Counted from the stretch's first letter, positions 1 through 10,309 are shown. The stretch: 64,000 nucleotides of DNA from Candidatus Latescibacterota bacterium (GCA_965242865.1 CBDETK010000013.1:3712001-3776000); one strand, 5' to 3'. Numbers and translations are program-made. The notes: generated from the letters alone by a model not told the origin.

Positions 1-1853
1 GGGTTGATATAGACTTGGAACTTGGTGCTGCGGTCTTCAGCAGAGCCCACCAGAATTACATAGAAGTCCTCGCGCCATGTCGAGTAAACGGAGACTTCAG
101 TGGTCCCTTGGTCAAAAGCCGGGTAATAGCGTCGCTCCGGCAGCAGCGTACCGAGGAATTGATCGCCGCGATGCAGGGCCAAAGCCGCGGTGGTCGTGCT
201 GTAATTAGCGTTTTCAGCGGAGGCCAGCGACGCGAAGGTAAGCCGGTATTCGCCGACTTGCCGCGAAGCCCTTTGGTCCAAGACGACTTCGGCCTCTTCG
301 GTAAAAGCTTTGCCCGTGAAGCCAGCAAAGAGCAATACTAGCCCAAGGTGGGTCAAATACCCGCCGTACCGCCTCCGGTTCTTGGCGCAGAGGCGATACA
401 ACGCCATCGGATAAGGCTCGCCTGTACTGTGCATCCGCGCCCGTGCTCCGGCGTGAAACTCGGAGGTGAGCGCGACGAGAACGAATACGCACAGCCCGAA
501 TGAAAGCACGACATAAGGATCGCGGACGCCGAGCGCAAAAAAGACTCCGCAAGAAAGTGCGCCCGCGGCCACCGGGCGGGTGAAGTTTTTGTGCAGACTC
601 TCGCGGGAAGTGCGACGCCAGGCAAAGAGCGGACCAGCCCCCGTCAACATCAGGAGCACTAGCCCGATGGGAATTGTGACTTGGTTGAAAAAGGGGGGGC
701 CGACCGTGATTTGCTCGTCGGTCAGGGCTTCCGAGACCAGTGGAAAGACCGTGCCCCAGAACACGGCGAAGAGCATCCCCAAGAGAATCCAGTTATTGAG
801 CAAGAAAGCTGTCTCGCGGGAGGCAAAAGATTCCAAACGGTTTTCGGCCTTGAGCAAGGGGAGCCGCAGCCACAAAAGCCCAAAAGAAAAAATCAGCGTC
901 AGGACTAGAAACGTGCCAAAAAAAGGGCCGATATTGGATTGGGCAAAGGCGTGAACCGAGGAGATGATGCCACTGCGCGTCATAAAGGTGCCGAAGAGGC
1001 ACAGCGCATAAGTGAGGATCGCTAGTGCTGCGTTCCATACTTTGAGCATGCCCTTGCGCTCTTGAATCATAATGGAGTGCAGAAAAGCGGTGGCGGTCAG
1101 CCAAGGCATCAGCGAAGAGTTCTCCACCGGGTCCCACCCCCAATATCCACCCCACCCCAGTTCGACATAGGCCCATTTGCCGCCGAGCAACAGACCGAAG
1201 CCGAGAAAGGTCCAAGGGATGAGCATCCAGCGGCGTGAAGCGCGGAGCCAAGTAGCGTCCAACTTGCCGGTTGAGAGCGCGGCAATGGCAAATGCAAAGG
1301 GTACGACCATGCCCACCATTCCCAAGTAGAGCATCGGTGGGTGAATGGCCATGACGGGGTGTTGTAAGATCGGGTTGAGGCCGCGTCCGTCCTCTGGCGT
1401 GAAGGGCAGGCGATGGAACGGGTCGGCGGCAAAGAGATGCACAATGCAAAAGAAGAAGCTGGTAAGGGATAGGGTCGCCAGCGCGTAGGGCATCAGCTCG
1501 CGATAGCGCTGGCGGTAGAGTGTCGCCAATCCCGCCGAGTAGATGGATAGGATCCAGCCCCAAAACAACAGCGACCCGTTCTGACCGCCCCACAGCGCCG
1601 TTATCAAGTAAAATAAAGGCATGGCGCGGTTGCTGTTTTCGGCCACGTACTCTACTTGGAAGTCGTGGGAGACGAGGGCGTGCCAGAGCGCGAGCACCGC
1701 CAGCGTCAGCAGGGCACAGGTTGCCAAGACCCCGTTTTCGCCCGAGCGCACCAAACCCAAGTGGCCCCGCCTCGCTCCGAGAGCCGACGCTAGAACCCCA
1801 TAGCCGGACGATAGGAGGGCTAGGCACAGGGCAAAATAGCCAATATCAACCAT
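1..1853 (-). CDS. ccmF: Cytochrome c biogenesis heme lyase CcmF (3' end runs off the window)
   Basis: Manual translation from ATG 1853: MVDIGYFALCL...WGGQNGSLLFW...GLNPILQHP...HPPMLYLG...WGGYWGWDPVEN (WWD motif); adjacent to ccmE. Absent from the ORF track because there is no stop in the window. Confidence 0.95.
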   Translation of the reverse strand, partial: MVDIGYFALCLALLSSGYGVLASALGARRGHLGLVRSGENGVLATCALLTLAVLALWHALVSHDFQVEYVAENSNRAMPLFYLITALWGGQNGSLLFWGWILSIYSAGLATLYRQRYRELMPYALATLSLTSFFFCIVHLFAADPFHRLPFTPEDGRGLNPILQHPVMAIHPPMLYLGMVGMVVPFAFAIAALSTGKLDATWLRASRRWMLIPWTFLGFGLLLGGKWAYVELGWGGYWGWDPVENSSLMPWLTATAFLHSIMIQERKGMLKVWNAALAILTYALCLFGTFMTRSGIISSVHAFAQSNIGPFFGTFLVLTLIFSFGLLWLRLPLLKAENRLESFASRETAFLLNNWILLGMLFAVFWGTVFPLVSEALTDEQITVGPPFFNQVTIPIGLVLLMLTGAGPLFAWRRTSRESLHKNFTRPVAAGALSCGVFFALGVRDPYVVLSFGLCVFVLVALTSEFHAGARARMHSTGEPYPMALYRLCAKNRRRYGGYLTHLGLVLLFAGFTGKAFTEEAEVVLDQRASRQVGEYRLTFASLASAENANYSTTTAALALHRGDQFLGTLLPERRYYPAFDQGTTEVSVYSTWREDFYVILVGSAEDRSTKFQVYIN

Positions 1854-1885
1854 AGAATGTCGGGAAAAGCCAACGGTCCGGCGGG

Positions 1886-2320
1886 CTAGCCGTTCGGGCT
1901 GTTTATCGCCTGCACGTGGCCTTCATAGCTTTGTCCCTCGTATTTGGAAGGGCATTTGGCAAAGACGAGATCGGCGGCAAAGATCCGGTCGGCTAGATGG
2001 TATTCGCCTTCGAGGACTACCAGGGCCTCGTCTTTGAAGGTATCGGGTAGCACGGCGCGTCCGACATAGCGCACCCGCACCGTGTGTTGCCCGTCGGTAA
2101 TCACAAATTCGGGACGCGAGCGATACCGATCCCACTCAATCGAACCGGGCACCACGGTGCCGCCGCCTAGTTGGATGCGCTGGCCTTGATCGGTAGCTCC
2201 GTCCATCAGGGTTTGCAGCGTCATGTGGGTCGCTGTTGACTGTTGGACGCCGGCTGCAAAGAGGTAAATCAGGCCCGCGGCAATGACTAGGGAGCCGAGG
2301 GTAAATTTGTGTCGTCTCAT
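1886..2320 (-). CDS. ccmE: Cytochrome c maturation heme chaperone CcmE (CxxxY type)
   Basis: N-terminal TM segment, LPDTFKD, AKCPSKY motif; start trimmed to MRRHKF. Confidence 0.9.
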   Translation of the reverse strand: MRRHKFTLGSLVIAAGLIYLFAAGVQQSTATHMTLQTLMDGATDQGQRIQLGGGTVVPGSIEWDRYRSRPEFVITDGQHTVRVRYVGRAVLPDTFKDEALVVLEGEYHLADRIFAADLVFAKCPSKYEGQSYEGHVQAINSPNG

Positions 2321-2373
2321 AAAATAAATCTGCTCAATTTCCCTTGCTTGTGCAACGAGCGAAAGGGTCGCGT

Positions 2374-3513
2374 TCACACTGCAAGCACCTTGGGCAGGCT
2401 GGATAGGTTCTCGTAGCCGCCTTCGCTAACGACCACCGTATCTTCGATCCGCACTCCCCCTAAGCCTCGGTAGTAGAGTCCCGGTTCCACCGTCACGACG
2501 TGGCCCGCCTTGAGCACATCGCCGTGCGGGCCGATCCTTGGTGCCTCGTGAATTTCCAGACCTAGCCCATGCCCCGTGCCGTGGATGTAGCCCTGCCCGT
2601 AGCCCTCTTTCTCGCCCGTCTCGTAGCCGGCGTCGCCGAAGAACCGTTTGATTGATTTGTGAATAAGGGGTCCCTCGGCACCTGGACGAATGTGATCTAA
2701 GCCGAGTTGTTGAGCCTTCAGCACGGTTTCGTACAGGTGCTGTATCGGCTCGGAGGCCGGTCCCTTACAGAAGGTCCGCGTCAGGTCTCCATAGTAGCCG
2801 CTCGCCTCGTCGCGCGGAAAAATGTCGATGATGATAGGCTCACTGGCGCGCAAAGGCCCAAAGCCCACTTGGTGTGGGTCGCAGCCTTGGTCGCCGCCGG
2901 CGATGATGGTATGTTCGCCAATACTGTCGCAGTCCATTAGCGTCTGATGCACCATGCGCCGCAGTCGCTCTGAAGTGAGTACGGCACCGTTGAGAAAGAG
3001 CACGCCGTCGCGCACATCGGCTGTACGCAGCCCCTCAATTGCCGTTTCCATGCCCGCTTCAGCGGCTCTCATTGCCCGGCGTGTGCCTTCAATTTCTCGG
3101 GCGTCCTTGATCTGGCGCTGGGGAAAGAGCGGCTCGGACGCAACGACCAGTTCGATGCCCTCCCCCCGCAGAAAGTCGGCCACACCAAGGGGAAAATCCG
3201 CGGGCACTTGCAGCTTCTCCAAGCCGAGGCCGCGCAAAAGCTCCAGCAAGACGGCGTTGCTGTTGGGCCGCTCTTGGCCTCTTTTCTTGGCCCGCTTCTC
3301 GTACCGGGCATAAGGTAACACCCGGTTGACGCAGGCTTGGTCCCGCGCCCGGTCGATCTCGAGATTGCGGACGAGCATGATTTTTTCGCTGGAAGTCCAC
3401 AAAAAGACGAAGGGGTCGGGAGCGCGAAAGCGGGTGGCGTAGAACAGGTTGGCGCAGCGTTCGCTGCTGCCGATCATCAGCAGGGCATCGGTGCCCTTTA
3501 GGTCGTGCGTCAT
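2374..3513 (-). CDS. Xaa-Pro aminopeptidase, M24 family
   Basis: IDIFP, YYGDLTRT, HGTGHGLGLEIHE, VTVEPGLY, GVRIED metal-ligand motifs. Confidence 0.92.
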   Translation of the reverse strand: MTHDLKGTDALLMIGSSERCANLFYATRFRAPDPFVFLWTSSEKIMLVRNLEIDRARDQACVNRVLPYARYEKRAKKRGQERPNSNAVLLELLRGLGLEKLQVPADFPLGVADFLRGEGIELVVASEPLFPQRQIKDAREIEGTRRAMRAAEAGMETAIEGLRTADVRDGVLFLNGAVLTSERLRRMVHQTLMDCDSIGEHTIIAGGDQGCDPHQVGFGPLRASEPIIIDIFPRDEASGYYGDLTRTFCKGPASEPIQHLYETVLKAQQLGLDHIRPGAEGPLIHKSIKRFFGDAGYETGEKEGYGQGYIHGTGHGLGLEIHEAPRIGPHGDVLKAGHVVTVEPGLYYRGLGGVRIEDTVVVSEGGYENLSSLPKVLAV

Positions 3514-3519
3514 GGTTTT

Positions 3520-4947
3520 TTACTCGGGAATCTCCAGGGCCCGGACCTCGATTCCAGCCGCGGGCCGCCAAAACCAGAAAAACGCATACTGTCCCTCTTC
3601 CAGCCCAGAAACAAAGCGCACAAACTGCTTCAACGAGGTAACGCGCTCTTGATCCACTTCGGTAATCACATCGCGCACTTGGATGCCTTTGTCCGCTGCC
3701 AGCCCCTGCGGATTTACTTCAACTACCACCACCGGCTTCTCGCCTTGTTCAAAACCCAGCTCGGCCGCCAACTCGCCGACAAAGCCCAGTTCGGCCGCCA
3801 ATTCGGCGGACAAGGGTTCAACCAAAAACCCTAGCTGTTCTATTCGCTGGTGGCCCTCGGAGAGAAGCTGGTCGGCTTCGCGCTCGCCGAGCACCACGGC
3901 GACTTGGTGAAGCTGGCTCTGGCGCATGATTTGCAGGTTGATCGTCTCGCCCGGATCGCGGCTGTAGATCAGCGTCTGCAGGTGGTTGAAGTGGTTCACT
4001 TCGATACCATCGAGCGACAGGATGACGTCCCCGCCGAGCAGGCCCCCGCGCTCGGCCGGGCTGTTGGGCTGCACTTGCCTGAGATAAACGCCCCGGGGCC
4101 GTTCCATGTTGAGGTCGTGCTTGCGGACAAGCGCTGGGGTCATCTCAGATTCCATGGTCACGCCCAGATGGCCGCGGACGATCCGTCCGTGGATCAGCAG
4201 ATCATCTACCACTTCGTGTGCTAGGTTGATCGGCACGGCTAGCCCGTAGCCGATGTAGTAACCAGTGCGCGTTGAAATCGCCGTGTTGATGCCAACGACT
4301 CTGCCCTGTAGGTCGAGCAGAGGGCCGCCGGAGTTGCCGGGGTTGATCACGGCATTGGTCTGGATGAAGCTCTCGATGGCATAGCGATTTTCTTCGCTGT
4401 GGTTGAAAATACCTGCTTGCCGCCCCAGCGCGCTGACGATACCGTGCGTTAGCGTTGACCCCATGCCCAAGGGATGGCCAATGGCTAGCACCCAGTCGCC
4501 GATTTGCAAACGGTCTGAGTCGGCCAACTGCACAGTCGGCAGCCCCGGGGCGTCAACCTTGAGCAGGGCGATGTCAATCAGCGAATCAAAGCCGATGACC
4601 TCAGCCTGATAGGTGCGGCGGTCAGACAGGGTGACTTGGATGGAGTCGGCGCCGGCGACGACGTGGTAATTGCTCAGAATGTAGCCGTCGTCGCTGATGA
4701 TAGTTCCCGAGCCCATGCCGCGAAAATCTTCGGGGATTTCTGGGTGAGAGGGGGGCAATGCCCTCTTCCGCCATGTTCGGGTCGTCGCCGTGATTAAAAC
4801 CACCGCCGGACGTACCTGTTCATAGACTTGGCGGAAAGCCCTGCTGAGATCCGCTAGCGGTTGGGCACTCTCCACCGGCATTTGCGCCCCGGCCGGGTGC
4901 CCGCCCGCAAGCAACGCGGCAATAAAGGCGATGCCCACGAGCTTCAT
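3520..4947 (-). CDS. HtrA/DegP-family periplasmic serine protease with two PDZ domains
   Basis: Signal peptide, GSG..ILSNYHVV, DIALL, INPGNSGGPL catalytic triad motifs. Confidence 0.95.
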   Translation of the reverse strand: MKLVGIAFIAALLAGGHPAGAQMPVESAQPLADLSRAFRQVYEQVRPAVVLITATTRTWRKRALPPSHPEIPEDFRGMGSGTIISDDGYILSNYHVVAGADSIQVTLSDRRTYQAEVIGFDSLIDIALLKVDAPGLPTVQLADSDRLQIGDWVLAIGHPLGMGSTLTHGIVSALGRQAGIFNHSEENRYAIESFIQTNAVINPGNSGGPLLDLQGRVVGINTAISTRTGYYIGYGLAVPINLAHEVVDDLLIHGRIVRGHLGVTMESEMTPALVRKHDLNMERPRGVYLRQVQPNSPAERGGLLGGDVILSLDGIEVNHFNHLQTLIYSRDPGETINLQIMRQSQLHQVAVVLGEREADQLLSEGHQRIEQLGFLVEPLSAELAAELGFVGELAAELGFEQGEKPVVVVEVNPQGLAADKGIQVRDVITEVDQERVTSLKQFVRFVSGLEEGQYAFFWFWRPAAGIEVRALEIPE

Positions 4948-6500
4948 CCGAGGTCGTATTCCTTCAACTTCCGGTAGAGGGTACGAGTGCTGATGTCGAG
5001 AATTGCCGCGGCCTTCCGGCGGTTGCCGCCGACGCGGTCGAGTGCCTGTTCAATGGCTTCCCGCTCCAAGTCTTTGAGTGTGGGCAAAGGCTCAATAGCG
5101 GCGTTTTCGGGGATGCGTATTGCGGCAGGTGCTTTGGGGTCTGTGGGCCTGTATGGGGCGTCCTCGACCGGGTAAATGGGCTGGCTTGATTCCTCTGGCG
5201 CGACTGGCTGAATGGCCGCTGGTGCTACGGGAGGGGGGGCATTGCGCTCGACCGTCGCTCTTAGCTCGGCAACCTCGCGCTTGAGATCCAAGAGCGCAAA
5301 ATAGATCAACTCGCGCTCGGACTGGTCTGGCGTCTTGTTGGTCGGCACTGGCAGGTGGCGCGTGGGTTGGCCCGCGAGCTGGGGCAATAGGTCTTCGGGT
5401 TCAACGAGGGCCCGCGGAGCGAGAAAGACCAAGTGCTCAACTAGGTTGCGCAACTCGCGCACATTGCCGGGCCAAGCATAGCCTTGCAAAAGGTCCATCG
5501 CCGCGGCCGAGAACCCTTCTAGGCGGCTCTTGTTGTCTTGGGTCAGTGCGCTGATGAAGTGCTCGATTAAGAGGGGAATGTCCTCGGCCCGGCGGCGCAG
5601 CGAGGGGATGTCGAGCTCGACGACCTTGAGCCGATGGTAGAGGTCGAGGCGGAACTCGCGCTGTTCAACCGCCTTTTGTAAGTCGCGATTGGTCGCGGCG
5701 ATGACGCGAATATCCACTGAGATGGGTGCGCTGCCGCCGATGCGGACCACCTCGCGCTGTTCGAGTACCCGCAAGAGGCGCACTTGCGCCGCCAGCGACA
5801 TCTCGCCGATTTCGTCTAGAAAGACTGTTCCGTTGTTGGCTTGTTCAAAGATCCCCCGGTACTGGGCGCGGGCGTCAGTGAAAGCCCCCTTCTCGTGTCC
5901 AAAGAGTTCGTTCTCCAGCAGATTCTCGGGAATGGCCCCGCAGTTGAGCGGGCGGAAAGGGTGATCGCTCCGGGTGCTGTAGCGATGCAGAGCTTCGGCG
6001 ACTAGGTCCTTGCCCGCGCCGCTTTCGCCTGTCAGGAGGATAGAGGAAACCGGCGTCGGTGCCACGATTAAGATGCGTTCGCGCAGTTGGCGCATTAAGG
6101 ACGACTGCCCCACCAGCTCGGCCCCTCGCAAAAAGTCCCCTCGCTCTAGTAGTTGGTCTAGTGCTGGGCGCAGGACCCCGGCCTTAAAGGGCACGGCGAT
6201 TTGGTCTTTGAGCGGCGCCCCCCACAAGAGTCGGTCCCAATTCTCATCGGCATTGCCCAAGCCTAGGATGGGTACATCGCGGTGTTGATCGAGGGCCGCG
6301 ACCCCCGCTGCGAGGACGTCGGGCGGAAGTTCCAAGTCAAAGGCGACGAGGTCCAGCCCGCGCCGCAGCAGCGGCCCAAGCGCGTCGCCGTTAGCCGCGT
6401 TGAGTACGCGCAACCGCACATCGTGGACCGCGGACTTGAACTCCGCTGCCAGTTCGGACCGCTGGGTCAAGAGCAGAATGTGACGTTGAGTCGGGGCCAT
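4944..6500 (-). CDS. Sigma54-dependent transcriptional activator (degenerate receiver-like N-terminus, AAA+, Fis HTH)
   Basis: GESGAGKD, ELFGHEKGAFTDA, FLDEIGE, WPGNVRELRN, C-terminal HTH. Confidence 0.93.
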   Translation of the reverse strand: MAPTQRHILLLTQRSELAAEFKSAVHDVRLRVLNAANGDALGPLLRRGLDLVAFDLELPPDVLAAGVAALDQHRDVPILGLGNADENWDRLLWGAPLKDQIAVPFKAGVLRPALDQLLERGDFLRGAELVGQSSLMRQLRERILIVAPTPVSSILLTGESGAGKDLVAEALHRYSTRSDHPFRPLNCGAIPENLLENELFGHEKGAFTDARAQYRGIFEQANNGTVFLDEIGEMSLAAQVRLLRVLEQREVVRIGGSAPISVDIRVIAATNRDLQKAVEQREFRLDLYHRLKVVELDIPSLRRRAEDIPLLIEHFISALTQDNKSRLEGFSAAAMDLLQGYAWPGNVRELRNLVEHLVFLAPRALVEPEDLLPQLAGQPTRHLPVPTNKTPDQSERELIYFALLDLKREVAELRATVERNAPPPVAPAAIQPVAPEESSQPIYPVEDAPYRPTDPKAPAAIRIPENAAIEPLPTLKDLEREAIEQALDRVGGNRRKAAAILDISTRTLYRKLKEYDLG

Positions 6501-6531
6501 GGTATCCCTGCTGTCGTCGCCTTTCGTCGCC

Positions 6532-9500
6532 TTAGTTGAGGTTGTCTAGCTTGTGGCGCAGGGTCTCGATTCGCTCGCGGGCTAGCTGCCCCTGTGGACT
6601 CTGGCCCCCTTCGCGCCGTGCGATGCGCTCGTAGATGGTCACGGCTGTGGTATGTTCCCCCAGCGATTCGTGGCAGCGGGCGCGCTGGAAATCGGCCGAG
6701 GTGATCCACATGCTGAGCCCTTCGTCGCCGTGGTAACTGACTTTGTAGTAGGCTTCGATCGCCTTGCGGTACTCGCCCATGTTCTGATAGGACTCGCCGA
6801 TGTAAAACCGGGCTTCGGAGGCGTTGTTGCCATTGAGTAGCTGTTGGGAAAGCAGATCGTCTAGCTGTTCAATGGCTTGGGCGTATTGACCCTTATTCTT
6901 GAGGATGATACCCAATTCGAGCTGGACCTCGATGGCTTTAGGATTTTCGGGGTACTGGCCCAGTAGCTGATTGGCTACTTGGTGGGCGGCCTCGTACTCA
7001 TGGGCGCTTTGGTAGCTCTTGAGGAGTTTCCACAGCGCATCTTGGGCCTGTTCGCGGCTGACTTCTGGCGCGTCCAAGGCGTGTTTGTACGCCCCTGCCG
7101 CTTGCAGGAAGTTGTGCAGCGAAAAGTGGTAGTCGCCTAGGCGCAGGTAGGCTTCGTCCACGTGGGGGCTGGTCGGATATTCCCGCACAAAGCGCGATAT
7201 GGCCTCCAATGAGTAAGCCGCCCATTCCTCGCTCGGCTCTACCTTGTTTCGCTTCCACAGCGTCACGGCCATCCAATAGGCCCCGTCGTCCGCCCACGTG
7301 CCTCCTTGCTTTTCCACCGTTTGAAAAAGCTCGTAAGCCTTCTTGTAGTTACCTGCCTGTAAGTAGTATTTCCCCTCTTCAACCCGGAAGTGTTGACGCC
7401 ACTCCGTCTCCGCCTCGAACCGCTTGGCAAACCGCTTGGCTGCCTTGCGTCCTTCCTCTACGCGCTTGAGCCGGAACAGGGCGAGGATGGCTTGCCCGTG
7501 GATCAGGGCATCCTCGCTCTGCTCCAGCAAGGGCTGATAGAGTTGGTAGGATTGTTTGTATTGCTGGCGGGCAAAGGCGATGTGGCCGGACCGCGCCGAG
7601 GCTTCGGCCGCCAGTCCGCTGGATGCAAACTCTCGGCTGACCTTGCGGAAGAGCCGGAGGGCCTCGTCTTCTCGACCCAACCTCAGTTGCAGTACCGCTT
7701 GGGAGAAGTAAATGCTGTCTAGTCCAGCCGGGTTCGGTTCTTCGGCGAGTATGTGCCGATAGGTCTCCATGGCCTCACCATAGAGGTTGAGGTGATGGTA
7801 CGAGCGACCGAGCCGTCGGAGGATCGGCCCTCGGTCGCCGGTGCCCGTCGGGTTGGAGACCAGCGGTTGGTACAGCTCGATGGCCGCGGCGTATTGACCG
7901 CGCTGAAAATAGGTGTCGCCCAATAGTTTCTGTGCGGCACGGCGCTGGGGAAAGGCCGGATAACCCCAGCGCAATTCTTGCAGTCGGGCGATGGCTTCTT
8001 GGGGCCGTTCCTGCGCTAGACGGATATGGCCTAGCTCAAAGAGCACGGGTGCGGTCAGCGGACTGTCGGGATAGTCGCGCAGAACGCGCTCGAGCAAGTC
8101 GGCCGCTGCTTGGTGTTGGCCTTTTTGCACTAGGCAAAGACTCTTGCCGTATAGAGCGTGCGGTACGAGTGGATTATTAGAAAAGAGTTGCTGGTCGTAG
8201 GCCGCAATGGCCCCGTCGATCCACGTGCTATCGGTCGTCCCGAGTTGGCGGCGGGCATCGCCTAGTTGCAAAAGAGCTTGGTCTAGATGGGCACCTCGGC
8301 TGCCGGAAAACTCGGCGACGAAAGCAGCAATCCCCGCTTCGAGCGTTGATAACCGCAGCGAATCGGGGCGATCCTCCGCTTCAATTTTAATAAGGCGCAG
8401 TCGTGCGCCTTGGACCCAAGTGCTGCTGTCGGTAGGGGATTGCTCGGCGAGAAAGCGGTATTCCCGTAGGGCGAGTGCCCGTAGCGAGTCCGCGCTGGTA
8501 GGCTCCGCTTCTAGCTGGCGTTGGCGGGAGAGCTTGAGCAGGCTTTCGGCCAAAAAGTACTGTGCCTCGTTGCTATTGTGCTCCTCGGGATAGGTCGTGG
8601 CGTAGTGTTTGAAACATTGGGCGGCCGTTGCAAAATCGTGGTGCGAGAAAAGCAGCCGAGCTACATCTAGCAGTACTAGTTGGCGCGCCTTGCCGCTCAA
8701 CTCGTCGATCCAAGCGTTTTGTAAGGCCCGGTTGAGGCCGGCCGGGTCCAAGACGGTAAACTCGCGCAGATATTCGATTCGCTGGCGCACCGCCTCGCTT
8801 AGGTGATTGGCGGGAAAGAGTTCGAGGAAGGCCACGTATTCGCGCAGGGCCGTCTGCGGCTGCCTACTTTGCTCAAAGGTTTGGGCGAGGGCAAATTGCG
8901 CATTGGCTGCCACCTCGTCCTGCCCCGAAGCTAGCTGGCGATAGAGAGAGATGGCTTCTTCGTAGTAGCCGGTTGAGGCATAGAGCTCGGCGAGCTCGAA
9001 GCGCACGGCGTCGGCGTCGGAAGCCCCAGCGGTTTCCTGAAGGTAGCGGCGATACCAAGTTATCGAGTGCTGGCGATAATTGGTTGCCGCCTCGTCCTGC
9101 CCCGAAGCTAGGCTGTGATCCCCGCGCCGCTTGTAGAGGCCGCCCAGCTCCCTTAGAGCACTGATGGCTTCGGGGCTGTCGCCGGTCTGGATCAATCCTT
9201 GAAACAGACCGACCGCGAGGGCAAATTGTCCGGCTTGGCCTAGGGCGATGGCTCGGCCTAGCTGCGCCCTGAGATAGTCGGGGTGGTCGGGTTGGAGCAG
9301 GGTGCTTAGCTCGTCGTAGTGGGCAATGGCTTTGCGCGTCTGATGACTCTGACGGCGAGCATCGGCTAGCCCTAGGAGCGCACGTTCTTTGAGGGAGCGG
9401 TCGTCAATTTTGTCAAAGGCCCGCTGATAGGCGTCCCCGGCTTGGCTAAATAGGCGCGATCGATAGAGATGGTTTGCGCGACCTAGATAGGCACTGTCAG

Positions 9501-10245
9501 CCTGCGCCGCCTTTGGAAAACGCCGCTCCAGCGATTTGAACTGCTTCTCAGCGGTTTCCCTGTCGCCCATAAAGAGAGCGATGCGTCCTCCGAAGAGCAG
9601 GGCACTAGGGGCTTCGGGCGGCGGCGGGGTAGTGGCGGCGATTTGCCCGAGTAGCTGTTGGGCTTCTTCGGCCCGACCAGCGGCAAAGCGCAACTGGGCT
9701 AGCCGATAGCGCGCCAGATGCACTCGGTCAGCAGTCGCGTAGTCGGTCAGCAGTCGTCCATAAACGGCTTCGGCTTGCCGCAAATTTTCGGCGCGGGTAT
9801 AATTAGCCGCCGCTTCAATCAGGGCACTGGCGGCGAATTTGCTGGCGCTGAAACGCCGCTGAACCTCTTCGTATGACCGGGCAGCCAACAGGTATTGACC
9901 TTGCTCGGCCAAACAAGCCGCTCGCTCGCGCCGTGCGTCGGCGGTATTCAAGTGATCGGGATGTTCGAGATAAAAGGTCTCGTAGGCCGGCACCGCTAGG
10001 TCGCAACGGTCGCTCTGGCGGTACGCACGCGCCAGCATCAGCCGAGCCTCGGCTAGCTGCGGATTATCGGGATAATTGCGAATAAACTCGGCGAACAGCC
10101 CGGCGGCCGTAGCATAGTCGCCGGCATCCCGAAAGAGATTGCGAGCTAGTTTGAAGTCGTCCTCTGCGTTCGTTTGCGCCCAACTCTGGGTGCTTAAGCA
10201 AAGGAAAAGCACTACTATCAATGTTGCGAACATATCAATCCTCAA
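6532..10245 (-). CDS. Large secreted tetratricopeptide-repeat protein (1237 aa)
   Basis: Signal peptide; many CpoB/BamD-like TPR units (YPxS...A..LG/A). Confidence 0.88.
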   Translation of the reverse strand: MRIDMFATLIVVLFLCLSTQSWAQTNAEDDFKLARNLFRDAGDYATAAGLFAEFIRNYPDNPQLAEARLMLARAYRQSDRCDLAVPAYETFYLEHPDHLNTADARRERAACLAEQGQYLLAARSYEEVQRRFSASKFAASALIEAAANYTRAENLRQAEAVYGRLLTDYATADRVHLARYRLAQLRFAAGRAEEAQQLLGQIAATTPPPPEAPSALLFGGRIALFMGDRETAEKQFKSLERRFPKAAQADSAYLGRANHLYRSRLFSQAGDAYQRAFDKIDDRSLKERALLGLADARRQSHQTRKAIAHYDELSTLLQPDHPDYLRAQLGRAIALGQAGQFALAVGLFQGLIQTGDSPEAISALRELGGLYKRRGDHSLASGQDEAATNYRQHSITWYRRYLQETAGASDADAVRFELAELYASTGYYEEAISLYRQLASGQDEVAANAQFALAQTFEQSRQPQTALREYVAFLELFPANHLSEAVRQRIEYLREFTVLDPAGLNRALQNAWIDELSGKARQLVLLDVARLLFSHHDFATAAQCFKHYATTYPEEHNSNEAQYFLAESLLKLSRQRQLEAEPTSADSLRALALREYRFLAEQSPTDSSTWVQGARLRLIKIEAEDRPDSLRLSTLEAGIAAFVAEFSGSRGAHLDQALLQLGDARRQLGTTDSTWIDGAIAAYDQQLFSNNPLVPHALYGKSLCLVQKGQHQAAADLLERVLRDYPDSPLTAPVLFELGHIRLAQERPQEAIARLQELRWGYPAFPQRRAAQKLLGDTYFQRGQYAAAIELYQPLVSNPTGTGDRGPILRRLGRSYHHLNLYGEAMETYRHILAEEPNPAGLDSIYFSQAVLQLRLGREDEALRLFRKVSREFASSGLAAEASARSGHIAFARQQYKQSYQLYQPLLEQSEDALIHGQAILALFRLKRVEEGRKAAKRFAKRFEAETEWRQHFRVEEGKYYLQAGNYKKAYELFQTVEKQGGTWADDGAYWMAVTLWKRNKVEPSEEWAAYSLEAISRFVREYPTSPHVDEAYLRLGDYHFSLHNFLQAAGAYKHALDAPEVSREQAQDALWKLLKSYQSAHEYEAAHQVANQLLGQYPENPKAIEVQLELGIILKNKGQYAQAIEQLDDLLSQQLLNGNNASEARFYIGESYQNMGEYRKAIEAYYKVSYHGDEGLSMWITSADFQRARCHESLGEHTTAVTIYERIARREGGQSPQGQLARERIETLRHKLDNLN
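8902..9111. repeat. 42-bp intragenic duplicate: 9070-9111 is a circularly permuted copy of 8902-8943
   Basis: The segments encode YRQ-LASGQDEVAAN and LASGQDEAATN-YRQ; 2 nucleotide mismatches. Confidence 0.9.
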
Positions 10246-10257
10246 GCGTATGCCAAT

Positions 10258-10285
10258 CTGACATTATTATAGAATAGAATATAGT
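10258..10285 (+). promoter_or_regulatory. Putative sigma70 promoter for ispE
   Basis: CTGACA-16 nt-TATAGT in an AT-rich divergent intergenic region. Confidence 0.4.
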
Positions 10286-10309
10286 AAAATGCGGTCGAGG
10301 TGTGCAGCG

